Positions 10,065 through 21,754 of a stretch of 64,000 bases of DNA are shown in pieces. Where the stretch lies: the NCBI RefSeq assembly GCF_964213995.1, contig NW_027590142.1, forward strand, positions 930,001-994,000, read 5' to 3'. The notes below the pieces were generated by a model. The model searched no databases. It saw only the letters and a program-made list of their open reading frames with translations, and was not told the DNA's origin. Position 1 is the first letter of the stretch; every line of letters starts with the position of its first letter. This DNA is from Mustelus asterias (Eukaryota). The position numbers were made by a program, and so were the translations under genes.

Positions 10065-12639
10065 GGGGCCCCCGCAAGTTAGGGTAGGAAGGAAGGTAGA
10101 ATCTACGTGTCTGCACTGGTAGGGGAGCCTCCAAATCCATCACTGACCTACCCTTACCCATAACGAATAAAATGATCTATGTGAAAGGAATTAACGGACA
10201 AAACACCCCTGCCTACTAAAGAGAAACAAGACAAAGAGGATAGGAGTATTCTTAATACATCAGTTAGCTGGACTAATTGAGCAAGATAAAGAAAAGATTA
10301 GAGAGTTAGAATCCAGAAGAAGGGAACAAGAGAAACAAAACCACGTATTAGAAGACAAGCAATGGAGAGGGGAAAGTGCTCCTCTATCTCCTAATGAGTC
10401 CATACAACAGGGACCAACCGCTCCTCCAGAGGAGTAGGAAGTGCTAGAACACAACTTAGTGCCAACACCCCGAAGGGGAACAGATGCGCAGCCAAAAGCA
10501 AATTATAAACCCTTCACCCAGTTTAAAACAGAGACTCAGAGGGAATGCTCCCACTTACTGGAGCAGAATTACCACAACAAAACAGTTAAGAGGGGGGAAG
10601 AATGCACGCAGAAGAGGGATCAATGTATGTGATAATGAGGGAAACCCTAAGACTTGGGTAATGTTGAAATGGGAATGTGAGAAGAATGAGAAGGACAAAA
10701 GAGATAGAGCAGAACAGGAAAGACTGCAAAGGAAAGATAAAAACCCGGAAGTATCTGGCTTGCCAATGTTGTTGCAAACTACCGATACAGATGAACAGGA
10801 GGGGGATTGGTGGAATCGACCCAGTGTAGATAATTACCAGAAATCTAAGGTAGCCGTCATTGCCCCGATTATAATAACGCGCCAGTGCCGCTGCAAAGAC
10901 AGAAGGGACTCAAATCAGGTAAACTTGGTTCGCTTGAAGCATGATCGAACAAAGAGGGGAGTAAAGGGTCAAAAGGAAACAAGCTGTACGATTCTGTCTG
11001 GTACAGAGTGAGACAGAGAGGATGTAATTGTGCAATCGAGAGCCTCATGTGATGGAATAGTGTATAGCAGATCAAAGTGAATTGCTTCTCTGTGTGCGAG
11101 TTTAATAAATTATTTTCGGGGAAGTGTTAAAACTGTGAGAGATTAAAGTGATAAGATTTCTTGAATTTACTTCTGTTTTGAATTTAATTACAGTTTGGAA
11201 GACAGAAGAATAAAAGCGAATGTTAATCAACGTTCTGTATTGTCAAGTGTTTTACTTTCATCGCAGTTTCAGATGTTAAGTTTGAATGAATGTTGGAAGC
11301 TTCCATGTGTATCCATATTTAACAAAGTGGATGTTTTGTTGTTGTTTGCTTTAATGTTTTAATGTTAAGGAAGGAGTTAAACCTTGGAAGGACCATGTGC
11401 TCTTTCCTTTGACTTGAAGTTGAAATTATAAAAGAGTTAGTTGAGAGAAGAAAATAAGTAAATTTGTGGAGAAGTAGAAAAGCAGGAACAAAAGAATGAG
11501 GTGAATATATTGTCTATGCGTCAGTTTAAAGTATATCAAGTTCGTGAAATGAATCGTAGTTCTGATTACTCCAAGTTCCAGCGGGAGATTAATTGATTAA
11601 AACCTCAGTTGTCAATGCAGATAAAGATGTTGTCATTGAATATGTTTAATCTGCATTTGTTGCCAACCATTGAACACCATGATCTGTTGGAACTTGAGTT
11701 GCCAGTTAGTTCTAAATAACATTTGGACCAATATGAAATGCAAGGCTTGTATGATGTTGTTTCGTTAACATGCAACAAATTACATCATCTGACATTGACG
11801 ATAGTTCTGGCTAGCCCATCCAGAGGAAAACCTGACTACAGTACTAACTTCTGGAGACCAATACCAATACAAATTGCCCAGTAAGAATACAGTATTAAGA
11901 TCCACAGAATAAAGTGATTTACGAACGTCTGATAGTTTAGTATTCTGCAACTGGTTAAAATTATAAACTGCCTTTAGAATTTCATGTGCCATCTATTATT
12001 CAAGGTTTCCCAAATATAAAAACACTGCAGAGCTTAAAGACTAGCCAGTTAAAAATCAAACCAAAACATTTCTAATCAATTAACTATTGTTATTGTTATA
12101 TGTATTGTGCCTGTTATTTTTCTAAAAATGCAGGGATTTTAATCTGGAACTCAGTTTAAAAATAGACAAGACATAAATTAAAAGGGTTTGGATATCACAG
12201 TTATGATATGTAAAGTGGCATGATATAACTGCCGCTCGATTATTATACAGTATAAGCACTGCCATGTAGACCCGAGAATAAAATCAAATCCTGAAAGGCC
12301 TTAACCAGTTTTATGGTATATATTGTGTATTGATAAAACATAATTCTGTAGGAGAAAAGGCGATTTATTCCAAGCTAAATGTTTGTGTTTTAGTGGTACT
12401 TTGTGAAGTACTATAATGCTTATGCGCAACCAAATTATCAAAATAAATCTAATGTAAGAATACATCACATAAAACTCAGAGCTGTATGGCATGTGATTTT
12501 AATGGAGAAAGCGATGTCTTTTGATAGGATTATATACAAATGAATGGATGTCCAGCTGCAGCCAGTGCAAAGTGTAATTTGATTCAAACTGAGCTTTCTA
12601 TGGAAGGGGGACATGTAATTAAATGTATAATGCACGAGC

Positions 12640-13052
12640 TAAAGCCATACAGACATTGGGAAAAATGTGGACAAATGTATTGCCCACCATACTAACCACA
12701 AACGGGATAACCGGATTAACCCCTTATGAACTAATGACAGGACGGGTGATGCAATTACCAGAAAACATCGTAACAGGTGGGACTGATGTAGGTCCGCTCA
12801 AAGATAAAATCAGGAGATATGATTTGGAACTAAGCACCCAACTAAAAGGAATGTGCAAATTGGTAAAAGATAATCAGGAAATAAGAGACGCAGAGAGAGA
12901 TCTTGAAATGCTCCCTGACGTCCCAACAGTGCGACGTCCTAGTGAAAACACTACCTGACAAACCAGGGTTTGCACCAAAATGGAATGGGCGATATGAAGT
13001 TATAATTAGTGGAGTCACCTGTGCCTCATAGACATAAGAGGGAAAGGTATAT
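12640..13052 (+). pseudogene. pol: ERV integrase C-terminal remnant
   Basis: WTNVLP..TGLTPYELMTGR and a GPY/F-like PKWNGRYEV motif; continues (IWKH) after the CR1 at about 16095. Confidence 0.75.
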
Positions 13053-16000
13053 AAGAACATAAGAAATAGGAGCAGGAGTAGGCCATCTAGCCCCTCGAGC
13101 CTGCCCCCCCATTCAACAAGATCATGGCTGATCTGAAGCGAATCAGTTTCACTTACCCGCCTGCTCCCCATATCCCTTAATTCCCTTATCGATCAGAAAT
13201 CTATCTACCCGTGATTTAAACTTATTCAACGAGGTAGCCTCCACCACTTCAGTGGGCAGAGAATTCCAGAGATTCACTATCCTCTGAGAGAAGAAGTTCC
13301 CCCTCAACTCTGTTCGGAACCGACCCCCACTTATTTTGAGGCTGTGCCCTCTCGTTCTGGATTCCCTTCCAAGTGGAAAGAATGTCTCTACCTCTACCCT
13401 ATCCAGCCCCTTCATTATCTTATAGGTCTCTATAAGATCACCCCTCAGCCTTCTAAACTCCAACGAGTACAGACCCAATCTGTTCAATCTCTCCTCATAA
13501 GCTACACCCCTCATCTCCGGTATCAACCTGGTGAACCTTTTCTGCACTCCCTCCAAGGCCAATCTATCCTTTCCCAAATAAGGGGACCAAAACTGCACAC
13601 ATTACGCCAGTTGCGGCCTCACCAGTGCCTTGTATAGTGGCAGCAAGACCTCCCTGCTTTTATATTCTATCCCCCTCGCGATAAAGACCAACATTCCATT
13701 CGCCTTCTTGATCACCTGCTGCACCTGCAGACTGAGTTTTTGCGATTCGTGCACAAGGACCCCCAGGTCCCTCTGCACAGTAGCATGATGTAATTTTTCT
13801 CCATTTAAATAATATTCCAATTTACTATTATTTCTTCCAAAGTGGATAACCTCACATTTGCTGACGTTATATTCCATCTGCCAGATCCTCGCCCACTCGC
13901 TCAGCCTATCCAACTCTCTCTGCAGACTTACCGCTTTCCCATTCATCTTCGTGTCATCAGCAAACTTTGATACCCTACACTCAGTCCCCTCCTCCAGATC
14001 ATCTATGTAAATGGTAAACAATTGAGGCCCCAGCACCGATCCCTGCGGCACGCCACTCGTCACCAACTGCCAACCAGAAAAGCACCCATTTATTCCAACT
14101 CTCTGCTTCCTGTTAGATAGCCAATCCCCAATCCAAGCCAACACATTACCCCCAACTCTGTGTACCCCAATCTTCTGCAGCAACCTTTTGTGAGGCACCT
14201 TATTGAATGCCTTCTGGAAATCAAAAAACACCACATCCACTGGTTCCCCTCTGTCAACCGCACGAGTCACATCTACATAAAAATCCAGTAAATTCGTCAA
14301 ACACGACTTTCCCTTCATGAATCCATGCTGCGTCTGCTTGATTGAACCATTCTTATCCAGGTGCTCTGCTATTTCCTCTTTAATGATGGACTCCAGCATC
14401 TTCCCAACTACGGACGTCGAGCTAACCGGCTTGTAGTTACCCGCCTTTTGTCTACTTCCTTTTTTTAAACGGCGGCATAACAGTAGCTGTTTTCCGATCA
14501 GCCGGCACTACCCCAGAGTCCAGCGAATTTTGATAAATAACTACTAACGCATCTGCTATTACCTCAGCCATTTCTTTCAGTACCCTGGGATGCATTCCAT
14601 CCGGGCCTGGGGACTTGTCTACCTTCAGTCCCATTAGTCTACCAAGCACTACCTCTTTAGTAGCAGTAATCGTATTAAGGACCTCAACTCCCACCATTAA
14701 GGACCTCACCTCCCTCTCGATCTCTAATATTCGGTAAACTATTTGTGTCTTACACCGTGAAGACCGACACAAAGAACTTATTTAAAGTCTCAGCCGTTTC
14801 CTCGTTTTCCATTATTAAATCCCCTCTCTCGTCCTCCAAGGTTCCAACATTCACTCTAGCCACTCTATTCCTTTTTATATATTTGTAAAAACTTTTACTG
14901 TCATTTTTTATATTTTGAGCTAGTTTAGTTTCATAATCTATCTTTCCTTTCTTCATCGCTTTCTTAGTCGTTCTTTGTTGTTTTTTTAAAGTTTTCCCAA
15001 TCCACTAATTTGTTTTCATTTTAATACTCTCCTTTATTTCCTTCGTTATCCATGTCTAGTTATCCCTTTTCTTACAGTCCTTCTTTATCACCGGAATATA
15101 TTTTTGCTGAGTACTTTAAAAAATCTCCTTAAAAATCCTCCACTGTTCCTCAGCTGTCCTACCTACCAGTCTGCTCGCCCAGTCTACATTAGCCAATTCC
15201 GCCCTCATCTTATCGTACTCCCCTCTGTTCAAGCAGAGGACACTGGTTTGGGACCCTACTTTCTCACCCTCCATCTGTATCAGAAATTCAACCATATTAT
15301 GATCACTCAACCCAAGAGGATCCCTCGCCAGAAGATCCTTAATTCTACCTGTCTCATTACACAGTACCATGCCTAAGATAACTCGCTCTCTCGTAGGTTC
15401 TGTAACATGCTGTTCAATGAAACTATCCCGACAGCATTCTAAGAACTCTTCCTCAAGCACTCCATGTCCAATTTGAGTCGACCAATCAATATGCAGGTTC
15501 AAATCCCCCATGATTATTGCCATTCCGTTTTTGCACGCATCCATTATTTGCTTGTTTGTAGCCCTTCCCACCTCTAAGTTATTATTTGGGGGCCAATAGA
15601 CCACGCCTACCAGTGTCTTTTCCCCTCTACTCTTCCTTATCTCCACCCACAACGATTCCACGTTTTGCTCCTTAGAGCCTATGTCGTCTCTCACTACCGT
15701 CCTGGTATTATCCTTTATTAAAGAGCTACCCCACCTCCTTTTTCTACCTCTCTATCCTTCCTAAATGTCTGATACCCGTGGATATTCAGCTCCCAGTCCC
15801 GGTCACCATGCAACCACGTTTCTGTGATGGCCACTAGATCATAGTCATTTGTATGGATTTGTGCCATCAAGTCATTTACTTTGTTTCGAATGCTTCGTGC
15901 ATTCAGGCAAAGTGTCTTTATGCCAGTCTTTATCTGGACCCGGTTGGTTGAAACGCTACTAACATCTCCCGAGCCCTCTACTCCTTTAACTAGTTGAATG

Positions 16001-16094
16001 TCCTCAACATTAACCTGCACTTGTACTCTCTCCTTTACCTTCGATTTTGTAATTCCCCTTACCCCTGCACCCTCCCCCCGATTTAATAGTTTAA
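13053..16094 (-). mobile_element. CR1 LINE, near-complete ORF2 (frameshifted), inserted in the ERV
   Basis: Minus-strand ORFs 15718-16020, 15116-15694, 13602-14399 (VPQGSVLGP, KFADD) and 13149-13598; short repeat tail at the left end; ATAT junction duplication. Confidence 0.93.
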
Positions 16095-16261
16095 ATATGG
16101 AAACATTAAACTCTGCTGAAAGAATATGCTGAAACTAATTGGGAAAATATGTGATATACTCCCATTGCAGGAATGTACAGACAACGACTGACCTCCAAGC
16201 AAGCTGAACGGGTTCGCGGGAAGTTGTATAACGGTCGCGCGGGTTATTAGTAAGAGATAAG

Positions 16262-17684
16262 ATGCTTTTCACGCTGCTTCTCACGACCCTGGCCCTGTCA
16301 ACAATCGCGGGAAAGTATAGATGGAATTATGAGGATTTAGGGGTAAAGCACAGTGATCATCTCTGTAATGATGACTCTGTCTATTGTATGAACACCTTTG
16401 TGTATATGTCTTATCTGTATGCATCACAATCGAATCTGAGCAAGTGCTGGGTCTGTTCACACATTCCCATGCACGGAAGAAAGGGAGGAATTCCTTTATT
16501 CCCTATCCCTTTATCAGCTCTGGAAATAAAGAATGTATTTTAAATCAGAATGGAACCCAGGAATGGAAAAGGAAACTACATTTAAAACCCCATCGGGTAC
16601 CACCATGCAGGACACGTTTAATATCAGCAACAGTGATGTTGTTTTCGGGCTAGGGGGCGGAGGGTGCACTTTATCGACCTTTAAGAAATATTACCAACCC
16701 AGCTACGACAGATCAGGATCTCCACCCTACTTCGTTGTGAAAAATCAACAAAGGGGATCTACCTGCCTGACAAGAAATGGAACGATACCTGCTGGCCGTC
16801 GCTACTGTATACAAGAGACTGATATCACGAATGACACTTGGGCCATGGTACAGGTCACAATCCAGTGCCCCACAGCCACCGTCCCGGTTAGTCTCTCCTC
16901 CGCTTATGTGAGCAGGATGACTGCATATAATGGTACCTATTTTGTCTGTGGAACCAATGCCTATCCATGGCTTCCCTGGAATTGGGCAGGATCATGCTAC
17001 TTGGCATATGTGGTGCCTCATATTCACCATTACACTGACTTACGGGACCACCCCGAGATACACCTGCTTAGGGCTAAGCGAGCCATTAGTGAGACAGAAC
17101 GGTTCTTCATGATAGCCTACCCACTTTATGGGACAGAAAAGGCTGCACAGGAACTGATACGGATGGCCTCGACCCCAGAGAGAATTGCAAATGAGACTAA
17201 AGATGGGTTCGAGGAGGTGAGCACGGCCATCTCTGAAATATCAGCAGAGGTCGTAGCTATTCGGACTGTGGCGTTACAGAACCGATTGGCACTCGATTAT
17301 GTGCTCGCCTCCCAAGGAGGAACATGTGCTATAGTTGGCTCCGAATGCTGTACGTATGTTCCCGATGCTTCGGAGAATATAACTCGCTTGGCAGATCACA
17401 TTAAACGTGTGGCGAAAACAATGCAGGATGAGGGGAACCAATATCACAATTATAACCCTCCGGGATGGCTGGGGCAATGGTTTGGGTCGTGGTGTGCATA
17501 GCTGATGCATGGATTGATTGTATTAATTGTAATTGTAATTACCGGCTATGTTTGTATGGCATTGTTGAACACCTGTTGCAAAATAGGAACAGCACGGATT
17601 ATGCCGGGCACAAGTGTACAGGCAGAGGGGGCAGACCACCTGACAAAGGAGGTAGGCCCATTCGCTGGTAACATATGGTTCTGA
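16262..17684 (+). pseudogene. env: ERV env, gamma-type; one frameshift near 16535 and a premature stop at 17499-17501
   Basis: Signal peptide, CWVC, furin site RAKR, ISD LQNRLALDYVLASQGGT, CX6CC (CAIVGSECC). The TM helix LIVLIVIVITGYV follows the TAG in frame; natural stop 17682-17684. Confidence 0.92.
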
Positions 17685-17735
17685 ATTGGTCATGGGGCCA
17701 TGTTTGGACCATGTTGTCCGACCAACAGGGGAGAG

Positions 17736-18443
17736 TGAATACGGGAATGGGTTAATGAACTTTGTAACACTGAAGCATTGAGACACGAACTCTGCAATGT
17801 TGTGAGAAATACTGTGGAGCTAATGTTTACGTTAGGGCTCGGTGTTTTCATTTCTGTGGAACTTGTTTTCATGTATCCAAACCAGATAATTGAGACAGCT
17901 GTCCTTGCTGTTCCCAGCTAATTGCGTATCAGGAATGTGGCTTAGCAGAATTAGCTAAGCAGACTCCATTTTATGTTCCTTTCTATTATGTACCTTTGTT
18001 TAACACGGTGGAGCTGACATGTATTCCTTCTGTCATTGTATCACAATAGATTCATATGTATTGATTATATGCTATTCATCTATCCTATTTATACTGATAT
18101 AAATTGCTATATACGCTCCTGTATCTTAGTTACCTTGTTTATGCAAACTTATAGTCTTGTGTGATGAATAAACAACGCACAGGTGGCGACAAAACAGACA
18201 CTCGCAGCCTTGAGGATGGCCACGGTTACACGGGAAAGACGGAACTTGCCGAGACAGCAATAATCGTGGGAAGATGAGGACGTGACCAGGGGTGAAAATA
18301 TATGTACAAATGTTTGCTCTTGACCTGTATTCAGTTAGAAGTCTGAGACCGTGTTCGGGAGACCTCTTCCACAATTGTGTGCAAATAACCCACTGTACGT
18401 TGACTCTACGACAAGTCTCAGAGGTATTATTTTACCTACAACA
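17736..18443 (+). repeat. ERV 3' LTR (708 bp), preceded by a polypurine tract
   Basis: Direct repeat of 7853-8557; AGGGGAGAG immediately upstream. Confidence 0.93.
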
Positions 18444-19123
18444 CTGTAGATGTGAGCTAACTTTACTTTCAGAGGACGTTTGTTGAGGTACCGCGCCTTG
18501 AAATGAAAGAGTGTGTCTGTGTGTGTGTGTGTCTGTTTGCTTGAAATAAAGAGAGGGTCCAACAGAGGGAGATGGCTGGAAGTGGGAGACTCTGTCTGTG
18601 TCTGTGCATGTATGCTTGTGTTTGAGTATGACTCTCTTCTTGCGAATCTCGCCTTTTCTCTGCAAGTTACCTTCTGCACCATGTGGCTATTTAATGATCG
18701 CAGCCTTGTTTCTGCAGTGTCCTTCTGAAAAGATTTCAGAAGTAACTACTATCCTCCAAAGCAAAGCAGGAAATTGCTGATGGAGAATTTCTTATTTCTT
18801 CCATCAGGTGGCAGGAAAGCCTACTAAATGTCCACCCCCACCTCTTGGTCTCACTGTTTCACTGTCCTCGATCACACTGTTATCTCTCAATGTCAATGCC
18901 TGTATCAATGTGCTCCGTCTCACTTTCATTACAGTCGACACCGTGACAACCCAGTCTCAGTCGGTGCTCCTAATTCCAGCTTCTTAATTGATTCATTCAG
19001 TAGCTTTTTCAATTATTGTTGCCTTCTCCATTGACTCCACTCTTGTTAGCTATGTTTTGGTAACACCTCGTGTACAAACAAGCTGGATTTATTGTTCCTA
19101 TTTCGGTGGAAGCCTAATAACTG

Positions 19124-19157
19124 CACTTCCTCTTCGGTTCTGCTCCTCACTATAAAG
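19124..19157 (+). promoter_or_regulatory. Candidate V promoter: ETS/PU-box and TATA
   Basis: CACTTCCTCTT (reverse complement AAGAGGAAGTG) at 19124 and TATAAAG at 19151, 60 nt before the leader ATG. Confidence 0.5.
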
Positions 19158-19210
19158 AAGCAAGTCAAGATATATTGCACTATTCTAACCATTGCAAATA
19201 CAATTTGCAG

Positions 19211-19262
19211 ATGGATCACCCACGAGAGTTAAATGTTTTCATTCTAGCAGCAATCATCTCAG
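19211..19262 (+). CDS. Probable leader exon of the divergent TCR V (MDHPRELNVFILAAIISG)
   Basis: ATG at 19211, hydrophobic core, phase-1 donor GTGAGT at 19263, in frame with the acceptor ending at 20836. Confidence 0.72.
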
Positions 19263-19389
19263 GTGAGTAACACTTCAGATTCGCATTGATTACCTCGCAA
19301 TAAAAACTTTTATTCTTCCACATTTAATGTTGCTTTTTGGAGAAAAACTAGAGCAATATTCGCAGTTGTTGAATTGGCGGCATTTTGAC

Positions 19390-19670
19390 ATAATGTTTAG
19401 CATTGCTGCCTCACAGCGCCAGGGACCCGGATTCGATTACCGGCTTGGGTCACTGTGCAGAGTCTGCATGTTTCTCCCATGTCTACATGAGTTTCTTCTG
19501 GGTGCTCTGGTTTCCTCCTGCAGTCCGAAAGATGTGCTGATTAGGTGCACTGGCCGTGCTGATCTCTCCCTCAATGTAACCGAACAGGCGCTGGAGTGTG
19601 GCGACTCGGGGATTTTTACAGTAACTTAATTGCAGTGTTAATATAAGCCTTGTGACACTGATAAATCAAC
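19390..19670 (+). mobile_element. tRNA-derived shark SINE (HE1/V-SINE-like)
   Basis: Head TTAGCATTGCTGCCTCACAGCGCCAGGGACCCGGATTCGA; related copies elsewhere in the window. Confidence 0.75.
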
Positions 19671-20836
19671 TTAACTGAATTATTCTCATTGATTTCCTTT
19701 CAGGAAATTATTTTACATTCTTATATTTAATGTTGATCTTACGAGACAAGTGCACAACAATATTATTGGCGACTGATTTTTTTTAATGATTGGAATTTTA
19801 CAAATAGTTGTTTAAAAGCTTCAGCAGTGAGAAAAGGCAAACCTATCATAGATTTGAACAATTCACCAAACACATATTCGACATGCCTTCCAGACCCAAA
19901 ACATCCAGCACTTGGAAGGAAATTTGCTGCTGATGGACACGAAAAGCATCGCCCGCAGTATTCCCTCCGATCCACACACATCCATGAAGCTAGAATCACC
20001 TTTCTATGACTGTCGCTGTGTTAAAACCATTGGGGACATCACCTTCCCTCTGAAAGTACTGTTGAGTGTACCTTGTGCATCTGCACACGCAGCACTCCAG
20101 GAAAACAGTTCCACACTCTCTTCTCAAGGGCGGCAAATTAGCATGGGCAGAAATCCTGGCTCAGTCTCGCGACTCTCATATCCCAGGACAGAATAAATCA
20201 CAGAGTCGTTAGTGTGGGATTTAGGCGAAGCCTTTTTATTTCCTTAAGTGAATGGTGAGAACGTGGAACTGTTGAACATGGAATATGTGACGTGAACGGT
20301 GTTTATGTATTTCAGGGGGCTATCGGGTGGAGAGAAAGAGTAATAGGCGGCTCATCTCATAGTGTGGGAAGAAGTGGGGTTGGGGTGAAGAAACGCCAGC
20401 AAAAGCCCATGGGCCGAATGGCCTGCTACTGCGTTAACAAATTTGAAATGATTCCATCTAATTAAAAACATGGCCTGTTATCAACTCAAATTCTATCCCA
20501 CGCCTCATTAGGTTTTGGATACATGTTGCAGATATTGACCTAGCCAGATCTTAAATCTCCAAGTCTCTGGCCAGGCGGCACACCAAGAGGCTGGAGACGC
20601 ATCACCCTGCGCCTGCAGCACCGCCCTCCAGCTCAGCTTCGTGCAATGGTACTGATGCACTCACAGGGCAAAATCGCGACTGCTGGCTACCTCCAAGGGC
20701 AGCACGATGCCTACAGGCGGAACTGGGGCCGCCCTCCATTGGGCCCACGATCCTCCCCCTCCCCCGCGCCTCCCCAGTTTCAAATCGACATAGTGCCTGG
20801 AACCTCCACTTAATTCTAATTTTCTCTACCCTTCAG

Positions 20837-21156
20837 GTAGCCTGGCTGCATCCGCAGTCATACACCAGCCAGAGGCAGAAGTGATGGTCCAGCAGGGAGC
20901 CACCACGACAATCACCTGCTCCTACACAGAGGTGGAGAGGGCTTGCTTGGTCTGGTACCGGGAACCTCTCCACCCAGCCATGGGAGGGAGTCCCGAGTAT
21001 ATTCTCGTCCGCTGCACCGACGGTTTCAGCGACAGCGCCACATTTTCCAGGCGTCGCTTTTCCTCCTCCCTGAGCAAAACTTACAGAAGCATCAGTCTGA
21101 CAGTTGCACCCGTGACAGCTGAGGACTCCAGGAAATACTTCTGCGTCTTAAACACA
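20837..21156 (+). CDS. Divergent TCR alpha/delta-type V exon with two extra Cys and a 23-RSS
   Basis: AVIHQPEAEV...ITCSYTEVERACLVWYR...PEYILVRCTDG...RRFSSSL...VTAEDSRKYFCVLNT; RSS CACATTG(21157)-23-GCATAAACT(21187-21195). Confidence 0.85.
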
Positions 21157-21289
21157 CACATTGGCACATTCCGGGCAGCAGTCTCTGCATAAACTGCAGG
21201 TTCCTCTCCCAGGCAATGGAAGGTCTCGGCATGATGTGTAGTCCCATTGTCCAATGTCGGTGTTGTAGAATTGCAGCATCAACACAGGG

Positions 21290-21740
21290 ATAGACAGGCA
21301 AACAGATGTGAATTAGATTCTTAGACACATCAGCTGATTCAGTAACACATAAAACAGATATATGGTCACTGGACAGCTAACAAGATAGATTGATAGACAC
21401 AGGAACTGATGCATTAACACACAAGGCAGAAATATGGTCACCGGACAGTTAGATAGATGTATAGACACACGAACGGATGAATTAACAGAAAACAAATAAA
21501 TGGTCACTCGATAGTTAAATGGATAGATTCATAGACAGAGCTAGACTAACATACAAAACATATACACGGACACTAAGACGTTAGATAGTTTGGAGCCACA
21601 TCAACTGCTGGACGAGCAGGCAAAATGGATACATGGTGACTAGCTTACTTGAAACTAACTTACAGGTGATGAACATACAAATAAGCAGGAAGGCACAGTG
21701 TGATCAGCTCTGAACAACAGATGGATACACGCAGACTTTT
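21290..21740. repeat. Degenerate minisatellite (period about 65-72 bp)
   Basis: Recurrent ACATAAAACAGATATATGGTCACT...GATAGAT-like units near 21345, 21417, 21485, 21548 and 21615. Confidence 0.6.
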
Positions 21741-21754
21741 AGACATGATGAGAG

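Larger units (their letters stand above)
7853..18443 (+). mobile_element. Endogenous retrovirus provirus (defective, RT deleted, env-bearing)
   Basis: Two similar TG...CA LTRs, TSD CTGTA (7848-7852, 18444-18448), PBS, PPT, gag zinc knuckle, integrase remnant and env. Confidence 0.95.
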
